DNA from: Phyllobates terribilis
Taxonomy: Eukaryota
Direction: 5' to 3'
Assembly: GCF_046119375.1 (NCBI RefSeq)
Contig: NW_027362765.1
Span: 379,812,001-379,876,000, forward strand
DNA length: 64,000 nucleotides
Each line of letters begins with the position of its first letter. Position 1 is the stretch's first letter. Shown here in pieces: positions 1 through 9,800 of the stretch. The translations under genes and the position numbers were made by a program. Under the pieces are notes generated by a model. That model worked only from the letters and a program-made list of their open reading frames with translations. It did not search any database and was not told the origin of the DNA.

Positions 1-1027
1 ATACCACCGTCGTGGCAGAAGTAAGCGAGGTGACCAGTCCTGGATACGTCCAGTTCAGATCTCCGCACACCCTGTAAGGGCACATTTACCTGCGGACAAA
101 TTCCCGCACATCTACTCTATAGCCACAAATTAAATCTGTAGTAAAATACACACTTTAACGCCTACATAATTCTATAGGATGCAGTCATGAACAGGCCGCA
201 ACTGAGCATAACATATCCAGGGTGGACATAGGCCCTTTGCTTCAGGCTGCGCTCATACGCTTTACAGTTTATCCGCAACGTGTGAACGGCTCAGGAATTA
301 TACAGACGTGTCACTTTCGACTAGTTTTTTAACCAAATGAAATAAGAGTTTTCCAGGGCGATTGATGAATAGGTAAGACGTCCAGATCACCTCTACCATA
401 AATCACGTACCTGCTGGATCTACAATCTATACATAATGCAGATGAAGAGACAACTATGAAACAAAATGACCTGAATGACTATGAAAATCTTCACTCAGGA
501 ATCAGCCGTATATCATGATAAATAAGTATATGGCAACTGAGCTTCACTATTTTCTGGCAAAAAAAAACTCTGACTGTTTGTTGTCAGTGAATGGGAACAT
601 TTTTTGTGAAAAGGAGAAGAAAACCTGCACAGGCCTCATCCTTCTCACAGCTGAGGGTTTGTTTTAATGGTTTCCAGTCCAGACATTCCTCCATGAACTA
701 AAGCCAGGATCAAGGGACTTGGCCAGCAGCAGTCAGGGCATGCTGGGAGTTGTAGTTTCACATCAGCTGGAATACCCAGAAAACTGGCTTATAGTGTGAT
801 TCTGGTGCATTTAGTGCAAAAAGAATTGTCTAGAATGGATACAATTGTACCAAACCTTTAACCGGGGAAAAAAATGTTACAATTGTATCTGTCAATTCTG
901 ATCTCCTCTAGTTCACAAAAGTGGACTTGAGCAAATGAGAAAAAAATAAAAAACAAACACAAAAAAACAATGTGGTTGCAGAGCCCTGCAAATCCTTATC
1001 CTGTGGACCCCGGGGACCAGAGCCCTG

Positions 1028-1190
1028 CAAGCCACTTTTTACCTGCTGGCATCCCAGACGCCTCTTCTGACTGGTAGGCAGCACCACAATGATGATGTCA
1101 CCACGATGATGACATCACATGGCACCTACTAATCAGAAGAGGCGCCGGGGATGCCGACAGATAGGAAGAGGTTTGCATCGCTCCAGTCCA
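1028..1190. mobile_element. Palindromic MITE-like element in CHD4 intron
   Basis: Left arm tgcaagccacttttacctgctggcatcccagacgcctcttctgactggtagg is the diverged reverse complement of right arm cctactaatcagaagaggcgccggggatgccgacagataggaagaggtttgca; no coding capacity. Confidence 0.6.
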
Positions 1191-1355
1191 GGGGCTGCGG
1201 ACTGCAACTTTACTGATCAGGTTTGCAGCCTCGGGGTGTACAGGAGATGTTCCCGCTCACTGACAGGAAGCAGAGATGTTAGCGATACATTTTAACACAG
1301 AATACTAGGAAGAAGCAGAACTTTTTTTCCTTTGTACATAAGGATCATCTCTTAC

Positions 1356-1431
1356 CTTGATGGTGGCTGTTCAGCATGACCTCGATTTCACCGTCACTAC
1401 CTGGCGAGGAGGGTCCCATTCCAGAAGCCAT
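1356..1431 (-). CDS. CHD4: First coding exon of chromodomain-helicase DNA-binding protein 4 (Mi-2beta, NuRD ATPase); partial CDS that continues off the left edge
   Basis: ATG at 1431 gives MASGMGPSSPGSDGEIEVMLNSHHQ plus 1 nt, resembling the human CHD4 N-terminus [27 protein letters not shown]. Donor CAAG|gtaaga at 1356/1355 (phase 1). Acceptor ttttcttctctaatcccacattacag| at 1510/1509, so the exon is 1356-1509. LPAR5 lies in the same window, as next to CHD4 in human. Too short for the ORF track. Confidence 0.8.
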
Positions 1432-1623
1432 ATTGTTAACGGGGCCACGAGGCGAAAGCTAATATCCAAGGAATGTCGGGGCGGCCGCTTGCTGGCACAG
1501 GAGAGGAGGCTGTAATGTGGGATTAGAGAAGAAAAATTAAAATAAAATCAACGTCGATGTATAAAATGTTTATCAGCCCATCACCCGTCCTGATGAGAAT
1601 CGTGGCTGCCCAGCTGCTGCAAA

Positions 1624-1684
1624 ACTACAACTCCCATCATGCCCTGATAACCTCAGCCTAGCAGGGCATGATGGGAGATGTAGT
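1624..1684. repeat. 23-bp-arm hairpin (ACTACAACTCCCATCATGCCCTG / CAGGGCATGATGGGAGATGTAGT), mini-MITE-like
   Basis: Arms 1624-1646 and 1662-1684 match at 22/23; a related half (cagggcatgctgggagttgtagt) occurs at about 735-757. Confidence 0.75.
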
Positions 1685-1749
1685 GTTGCACGGTTGGGGG
1701 GGGGGGGGGGACACTGGGCACAATCACTTCTGCCGAGTCTCTTATCTCC

Positions 1750-2660
1750 GCCGTTGCCCGTGTCCTCTGGCCGCCAGGTGACCGGATACATAAATACTGT
1801 CCGTCAGATGCACACGACATAAAGCACACGGCCGCCGCCGCCATCCACCAATAATCTCCCCATCGAACACCACTGCATCCAGGCGCAGGCTAAAGTTCAA
1901 AGCCGCGGCAACGAGCACATTAATACTGCTGCCAGTGGCTACCAGGCGAAATGCAGCTTCCGCTCCGGATGAGCCCTTTGTCAGGCCGGCTGCTGGGGGT
2001 TGTAGTCCCCTGGAAAGAGCTGCATATTGGGTGGGAGGAGGAGGAAGGAGGAGGAGGAGCGGTGGCCAGCAGGGGACAAGAAGGTGCCTGGGTGACTATA
2101 ATGACCCAAGGGTGAAAAGAAAGGGGGGGGGGCGGCAAAACAATGACCACAATGCATCTACTACACCCCCCAGGAGAGGTAGAGGTGTCTATATACAGTC
2201 ACTACCTATATATACACAGTCAGTACCTATATATACAGTCAGTAGCTATATATACATAGACGCGGTGCGTCTACACAGACATTCATGGAATATATCCCTG
2301 TGTGGGAGTAACGCTGCGTGTGTACACGCACATGCCCGGCATTGCCGCAGCAGGCCGCACACGCAGGACTCCGGCTCCCCGCGCACAATAGGTCGTCACA
2401 GGCCGGTGTCCCCGCAGCCCTCCACTCGCCCCCCGCTGCCTCCTCTCCCGGTCCCCGGCCTCCCTGGGCCTCCTCCCCGCCGTCCTCGCTCACCCGGGCC
2501 GGTACACGCACTGTCCAGACGCCTCCACGTTCCCTCCTTGTCGGTACACACTCCCGCTCCTCTCTCCTGTACACCGGCAGTGATGGTGGAGACCACACCC
2601 CTTCCCTCGTCCCGCCCCGTTACCATGACCACCAGCGTGTTGCCCTAGAGATGGGCCGGC
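1750..2660. promoter_or_regulatory. CpG island spanning CHD4 promoter, exon 1 and the start of intron 1
   Basis: GC- and CpG-rich stretch (ccgccgccgcc, cgcggtgcg, cccgggccgg) against an AT-rich, CpG-poor background, directly upstream of the CHD4 coding exon on the minus strand. Confidence 0.65.
2494..2610 (-). other. CHD4: Probable non-coding exon 1 (5' UTR) of CHD4
   Basis: Consensus donor GGCCCGG|gtgagc at 2494/2493 inside the CpG island, preceded by purine-rich UTR-like sequence. The 5' end (TSS) is not defined by sequence alone. Confidence 0.5.
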
Positions 2661-3000
2661 CTGACATCCCATAATAAACCTGAGGGAGTCTGACATCCCA
2701 TAATTCCCTCCTCCTCCACCACCGGCCCCCCCTTTTTTTTCCACCAGCCATCCCATAATCATCATCATTACACACCAGCAAAAGTGTGACATCCCATAAT
2801 AGTCCCAAAGCCTGGACATCCCATAATAAGTCTCCCTCACAGTTGAGAGAGATTGACATCCCATAATAGTGCAGTGCACAGTGACATCCCATAATAACTT
2901 TAGGGAAAGCCTGGCATCCCATAATAAGTGTGGTGTGAGGGAGAGAGAGAACATGACATCCCATAATAGTTCCTCCTGACAGCAGCCCATAATGAAGTAT
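2660..3000 (+). repeat. Array of about 10 GACATCCCATAAT motifs with variable spacers (copy A)
   Basis: Motif at about 2663, 2692, 2751, 2787, 2816, 2855, 2882, 2913, 2955 and 2985; spacers are non-identical. Confidence 0.85.
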
Positions 3001-3774
3001 CAGACTGACAGGACCTGAGAGTGCCAGGTGCCATGGTGACAGCAGTGGCACGCATCACCTGAGGGCCACCGTCCTCCTGCCATATTTTTATGGTGGCCAC
3101 CCAGCTTTCCCAGAATCCTGAGCGGTCGCCTCTCAGCCACCAATCACAACAGCTGTTTGGGAGCCCTCACGGCGGCCATATTTGTACTCACCCAGCTTTT
3201 CCGCAGGGAATTTTTGCGTAATCTGACAGGAATATATCGCGATACTCCCTGCTGTATAATAAAATATATCGTGATAATTCACAACCATTCATCCACCGCG
3301 ATATCAAACATTTAATACGGCCATTTTTACGGTGAGTGTAGCATCCCTATATGTCCACGACACCCCCGCCATTGTATTGGATCGATCTTAAATCCCTATT
3401 AAACCCTATGGGGGGTCAAAGTTCTGTGAACTATTGGGAGGGGTGGGGGGGAATTATAGCCGACCAACCAAAAATATGGATGAAAAAATATATTTTTTTT
3501 TGCTCACACAGGGGGTCTCCTCTGTCAGTAATGACCCCCCCTTTCATATTATTGTGGTGAATAAAAACGTAAAACATGTTTGAGGCGAATGAACCCTACG
3601 TATTTTACTTGTATACGGGGCAGGCGGACATCTTGGATGTCCACTTTATAGGTACGTAGGCCTCAGTGCGCTGCGGGATGATGTAAAGGCTGTAATAGAG
3701 GTGGTCCCCCAAATAGACAAACAGTGATGTGGCGGACCACCGGTCTCTGTGTGTGCCTTGTGTAGACCCCTGCT

Positions 3775-3975
3775 TGCTGCCAGTGAATGGAAACGGTCTT
3801 GTTTTCATCCAGACGGCCTAAAACCTGTCCTGACCTAGGTGTTTTCCTCACAGATACATTGCAGGAAACCATCAGGACAGCAGGGAGATTCCTTCCGCTG
3901 ATGAAACGAGAATGTTCCTATTCACTTACAGCAGGCAGAGATCTTGAAAATGGTGAAGAATTGAAACACTGAGTA
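3775..3975. mobile_element. MITE-family fragment (cagtgaatggaaac ... cacttacagcaggcagagatcttgaaaatggtgaagaattg)
   Basis: 3860-3968 has an inverted homolog at 5921-6040; related termini also occur at about 585 and 44440. Confidence 0.6.
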
Positions 3976-4087
3976 TTTATACCTCGCCCTTTGGCCCGCT
4001 AGTTTTTTTCTACATTTTGCTGAAATCCAACAGTAAAAAATTAATAAAAGCTAAAAAAAATTATTATAACTATTTTTTGTCCTCTAG

Positions 4088-5361
4088 ACCTAAACCTTAC
4101 CCTAGTCATAGCCTTAGCCCTAACCATAGCCCTGACCCTAGCCCAAGCCCTAACCCTAGCTGTAAGTCTAGCCCTAAACTTATCCTTAGCCCCAGTCATA
4201 AGCTTAACCTAAACCCTAATCCTAGCCCCAGCACTAACCGTAGCCCCCAACCCCAGTTAAAGGCCATAACAGAGGAGGTCCCTCAACTAGCCCCCTTCTA
4301 GACAAACAGTGATGTGGTCGACCCCCAGGCTCTGTGCTTCCCCTGCATATATCACAAATCCCCAGCCCTAACCCTACTCCAAACAAATAACAAAGGACTG
4401 ACTGTCAATTCCCAACCTTAGCGCCAGACCTAACACTAGCTCTAACCTTAGTCTCAGTCCTAATCCTAGTCCCAGCCCTAGCCCAAACCTTAACCTTAAC
4501 CCAACCCCTACCTTAGCCTTAACTTTAATCAAAGCCTTAACCTCAACCCTAGCACCTGCCCTAACCTTATTCCCAGCCCTAATACTAGCCCTACCTAACT
4601 AGCCTCAGTTCTATTTCTAGCTCCAGCCCTAACCCTAGCCCAAACTCTAGCCCCTGCCCTAAACTTATCTCCAGCACTAACCTTATTTGCAGCCCTAACA
4701 CTAACCCTAGCACTATTTCCAGCCCTAACACTAGCCCTAACTTTAGCACTAGCTCTAACCTTATCTCCCGCCCTAACACTAGCCCTAACTTTAGCACTAG
4801 CTCTAACCTTATCTCCCGCCCTAACACTAGGCCTAACCTTAACCTTATCTCCAGCCTTAACACTTGCCCTAACCCTAACCTTATCTCCAGCCCTAACACT
4901 ACCCCTAACCTTAACCCTATATCCAGCCCTAACACTAGCCCTAACCCTTACCATATCTGCAGCCCTAACACTAGCCATAACCCTAACCTTAGCTGCAGCA
5001 CTAACACTAACCCTAACCTTAACCCTATATCCAGCCCTAACACTTGCCCTAACCCTAACCTTATCTGCAGCCCTAACACTAGCCATAACCCTATCTGCAG
5101 CCCTAACCCTAACCTTATCTCCCTCCCTAACACTAGCCCCAACCCTAACCTTATCTCCAGCCCTAACACTACCCCTAACCTTAACCCTATCACTACCCCT
5201 AACCTTATTTCCAGCCCTAATCCTAACCCTATCTCCAGCCCTAACACTAGCCCTAACCCTATTTCCAGCCCTAACACTAGCCCTAACTTTAACCTTATGG
5301 CCAGCCCTAACACTAGCCCTAACCTTAGCCCCAGTTCTAACCCTAGCTCTAAACCTAACCC
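4088..5361 (+). repeat. Degenerate telomere-like (CCCTAA)n hexamer array
   Basis: Strict 6-nt periodicity with ccctaa, ccttaa, cactag and ccctag variants (e.g. ccctaaccctaaccttatct); TTAGGG-rich on the minus strand; interrupted at about 4270-4400. Confidence 0.85.
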
Positions 5362-5914
5362 TCTATCATCTCACTAATTTACAATTGAGAGGAAAGGTGG
5401 AGAGTACAGAGCAGTGCACATGTCTTACTCAGCCTCTGCCATCTCAGTGGCTGCCTATGCAGAGCGCAGCGGCTGGGTACAAATTAATCTCCGCCGCTGC
5501 ACTCTGCATAGGAAGTGGCAGCAGCATCCAAGATGAAAAAGATGCTGCTGGCCGCTTACAGCTGCCATGGTGCCTCTAGAATGAACCCCTCAAACTGCAC
5601 ATTTTTTGCAAGGGTCTCCCCCTATGACAGCCCCCTCAGGCAGGAGCCCATGAATGCAGCGATCAGCTCAATCACTGCAGGGACCATATGGCACAATTCA
5701 CATTTTGCTTCAAGGTAAATCGAGCACTGGATCAGTGGTCACCATGGATTGCATAGCAGTGATACATATACTGTGGGACATGTAGGGGTCCTCCTGTAGG
5801 ACCCCCTTCCTCTATGACGACCGCCGCTCTTGATGACTGAGATGGGACACGTATTGACCTAATCCCCCATAATGTCATATACTGGAATATTCTGCCGCTT
5901 TCTGTTATACTTTG

Positions 5915-6200
5915 TGCTCCAATTCTTCACTTTTGTAAGATCTCAGCCTGCTGTAAGTGAATGGAAACGTCCTTGTTCACCAGCAGCAGAACAGATCCCT
6001 CTCCCTCCTGTCCTGATGGTTTCCTACAATGTATCAGTACAGATGAAATGTATCTGTGATCTCCAGACTGGATACAATTGTAGCAAACTTTCAGCTGTGA
6101 GAAGCATTAGGTCAGGGGAAGCTTTTACCCTCCGGAAGCCATAGAAGAAGGTTTCCATTCACTGACAGCAAGAAGAGATGATGAAAATGATGTAAAAGGA
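5915..6200. mobile_element. MITE-family copy, inverted relative to 3775-3975
   Basis: caattcttcacttttgtaagatctcagcctgctgtaagtgaatggaa is the diverged reverse complement of about 3921-3968; internal inverted termini (gtgaatggaaac / gtttccattcac). Confidence 0.6.
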
Positions 6201-6254
6201 AACTCCTGTTATATCAGAAAGTTACAGAATTAGAATGTTTGGCACCAGGAACAG

Positions 6255-6575
6255 AGATACTGTCACTATGGGCTGTCAGGAGAACCTATTATGGGATGTC
6301 ATGTTCTCTCTTTCTCTCTTACACCACACTTATTATGGGATGTCAGACTTCCCCATTATTATGGGATGCCAGCATTCACTATTATGGGCTGTCGATCTCG
6401 CTCTCGCTGTCTGGCTCATTATGGGATGTCAGTCTATTGCTCACCTTCTGGTTCATTATGGGATGTCTGTGTGGAGACTATTATGGGATGTCCAATTCCC
6501 CTCATGTTATTTCTGTGGGCTGTGAGGAGAGACTTATTATGGGATGTCTGCGTAATGACTATGGGATAGCTGGTG
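6255..6575 (-). repeat. Array of about 10 ATTATGGGATGTC motifs (copy A', inverted homolog of 2660-3000)
   Basis: Motifs and flanking spacers align in reverse complement with 2745-3000 (e.g. gatgtcatgttctctct..caccacacttattatggga; gtaatga..tatgggat.gctggtggaa). Confidence 0.85.
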
Positions 6576-6824
6576 GAAGCGGGGGCAGCATGCAGATGAT
6601 GTTTGAATAATGCACGGGGGTCCAGCAAATCTCCGCAGCAGCTCCTTGCTCTGGCTAAAAGACCCCTCAATTATCTCGATAAACCAGCATATGGAAAGGT
6701 TATCAAAAGCAGATGACCCCGTTACATCATTTTGTGAGAGGGGCCTACGGGGCGAAGCGTATGCACTGTACCCCTGCAGTGGACGTCCGCTAGCTCGCTA
6801 AACGATCTTACTTAGGGTTACAGC

Positions 6825-9800
6825 GAAGAGAGAGGTCCCTCCCATAAGAGCTGAGACCCTACAGGAGAGAGGCCCCTGTGCACAGGAGCCGACACTCTAC
6901 AGGAGAGAGGCCCCTGTGCACAGGAGCTGGCACTCTACAGGAGAGAGGCCCCTGTGCTCAGGAGCTGGCACTCTACAGGAGAGAGGCCCCTGTGCTCAGG
7001 AGCTGGCACTCTACAGGAGAGAGGACCCTGCCCATAAGAGCTGAGACCCTACAGGAGAGAGGCCCCTGTGCTCAGGAGCTGGCACTCTACAGGAGAGAGG
7101 CCCCTGTGCTCAGGAGCTGGCACTCTACAGGAGAGAGGTCCCTCCCATAAGAGCTGAGACCCTACAGGAGAGAGGCCCCTGTGCACAGGAGCTGGCACTC
7201 TACAGGCGAGAGGCCCCTGTGCACAGGAGCTGGCACTCTACAGGAGAGAGGCCCCTGTGCACAGGAGCTGACAATCTACAGGCGAGAGGACCCTGCCCAT
7301 AAGAGCTGACACTCCACAGGCGAGAGGCCCCTGTGCATAGGAGCTGGCACTCTACAGGAGAGAGGCCCCTGTGCACAGGAGCTGACACTCTACAGGCGAG
7401 AGGACCCTGCCCATAAGAGCTGACACTCCACAGGCGAGAGGCCCCTGTGCATAGGAGCTGGCACTCTACAGGCGAGAGGTCCCTCCCATAAGAGCTGAGA
7501 CCCTACAGGAGAGAGGCCCCTGTGCATAGGAGCTGACACTCTACAGGCGAGAGGTCCCTCCCATAAGAGCTGACACCCTACAGGAGAGAGGCCCCTGTGC
7601 ATAGGAGCTGACACTCTACAGGCGAGAGGTCCCTCCCATAAGAGCTGACACCCTACAGGAGAGAGGCCCCTGTGCACAGGAGCTGACACTCTACAGGAGA
7701 GAGGCCCCTGTGCACAGGAGCTGACACTCTACAGGAGAGAGGCCCCTGTGCTCAGGAGCTGGCACTCTACAGGAGATAGGTCCCTCCCATAAGAGCTGAG
7801 ACCCTACAGGAGAGAGGCCCCTGTGCACAGGAGCTGGCACTCTACAGGAGAGAGGCCCCTGTGCTCAGGAGCTGGCACTCTACAGGAGAGAGGACCCTGC
7901 CCATAAGAGCTGAGACCCTACAGGAGAGAGGCCCCTGTGCACAGGAGCTGACACTCTACAGGCGAGAGGACCCTGCCCATAAGAGCTGACACTCCACAGG
8001 CGAGAGGCCCCTGTGCATAGGAGCTGGCACTCTACAGGCGAGAGGTCCCTCCCATAAGAGCTGAGACCCTACAGGAGAGAGGCCCCTGTGCATAGGAGCT
8101 GACACTCTACAGGCGAGAGGTCCCTCCCATAAGAGCTGACACCCTACAGGAGAGAGGCCCCTGTGCATAGGAGCTGACACTCTACAGGCGAGAGGTCCCT
8201 CCCATAAGAGCTGACACCCTACAGGAGAGAGGCCCCTGTGCACAGGAGCTGACACTCTACAGGAGAGAGGCCCTTGTGCACAGGAGCTGACACTTTACAG
8301 GAGAGAGGCCCCTGTGCTCAGGAGCTGGCACTCTACAGGAGAGAGGTCCCTCCCATAAGAGCTGAGACCCTACAGGAGAGAGGCCCCTGTGCACAGGAGC
8401 TGACACTCTACAGGAGAGAGGCCCCTGTGCACAGGAGCTGACACTCTACAGGAGAGAGGCCCCTGTGCTCAGGAGCTGGCACTCTACAGGAGAGAGGTCC
8501 CTCCCATAAGAGCTGAGACCCTACAGGAGAGAGGCCCCTGTGCACAGGAGCTGGCACTCTACAGGAGAGAGGCCCCTGTGCTCAGGAGCTGGCACTCTAC
8601 AGGAGAGAGGACCCTGCCCATAAGAGCTGAGACCCTACAGGAGAGAGGCCCCTGTGCACAGGAGCTGACACTCTACAGGCGAGAGGACCCTGCCCATAAG
8701 AGCTGACACTCCACAGGCGAGAGGCCCCTGTGCATAGGAGCTGGCACTCTACAGGCGAGAGGTCCCTCCCATAAGAGCTGAGACCCTACAGGAGAGAGGC
8801 CCCTGTGCATAGGAGCTGACACTCTACAGGCGAGAGGTCCCTCCCATAAGAGCTGACACCCTACAGGAGAGAGGCCCCTGTGCATAGGAGCTGACACTCT
8901 ACAGGCGAGAGGTCCCTCCCATAAGAGCTGACACCCTACAGGAGAGAGGCCCCTGTGCACAGGAGCTGACACTCTACAGGAGAGAGGCCCCTGTGCACAG
9001 GAGCTGACACTTTACAGGAGAGAGGCCCCTGTGCTCAGGAGCTGGCACTCTACAGGAGAGAGGTCCCTCCCATAAGAGCTGAGACCCTACAGGAGAGAGG
9101 CCCCTGTGCACAGGAGCTGGCACTCTACAGGAGAGAGGCCCCTGTGCTCAGGAGCTGGCACTCTACAGGAGAGAGGACCCTGCCCATAAGAGCTGAGACC
9201 CTACAGGAGAGAGGCCCCTGTGCTCAGGAGCTGGCACTCTACAGGAGAGAGGCCCCTGTGCTCAGGAGCTGGCACTCTACAGGAGAGAGGTCCCTCCCAT
9301 AAGAGCTGAGACCCTACAGGAGAGAGGCCCCTGTGCACAGGAGCTGGCACTCTACAGGCGAGAGGCCCCTGTGCACAGGAGCTGGCACTCTACAGGAGAG
9401 AGGCCCCTGTGCACAGGAGCTGACACTCTACAGGCGAGAGGACCCTGCCCATAAGAGCTGACACTCCACAGGCGAGAGGCCCCTGTGCATAGGAGCTGGC
9501 ACTCTACAGGAGAGAGGCCCCTGTGCACAGGAGCTGACACTCTACAGGCGAGAGGACCCTGCCCATAAGAGCTGACACTCCACAGGCGAGAGGCCCCTGT
9601 GCATAGGAGCTGGCACTCTACAGGCGAGAGGTCCCTCCCATAAGAGCTGAGACCCTACAGGAGAGAGGCCCCTGTGCATAGGAGCTGACACTCTACAGGC
9701 GAGAGGTCCCTCCCATAAGAGCTGACACCCTACAGGAGAGAGGCCCCTGTGCATAGGAGCTGACACTCTACAGGCGAGAGGTCCCTCCCATAAGAGCTGA

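Noticed and set aside
1-90. Next CHD4 coding exon (acceptor-like cccttacag at about 72-80 on the minus strand)
   Set aside because: The phase-1 continuation hits a stop within five codons and does not resemble the acidic/Lys-rich CHD4 exon expected next.
1935-2674. 237-aa and 118-aa plus-strand ORFs as an antisense gene
   Set aside because: Low-complexity Pro/Arg/Gly-rich frames expected in a stop-poor CpG island; no recognisable domain.
2660-3000. CRISPR array (short repeat with unique spacers)
   Set aside because: Vertebrate context, a repeat of only about 13 bp, irregular spacer lengths, no cas genes, and spacers homologous to the inverted copy at 6.3-6.5 kb.
4591-5313. LGLGLVLG and VRASVRAG repeat ORFs
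   Set aside because: Artefacts of the 6-nt-periodic telomere-like array.
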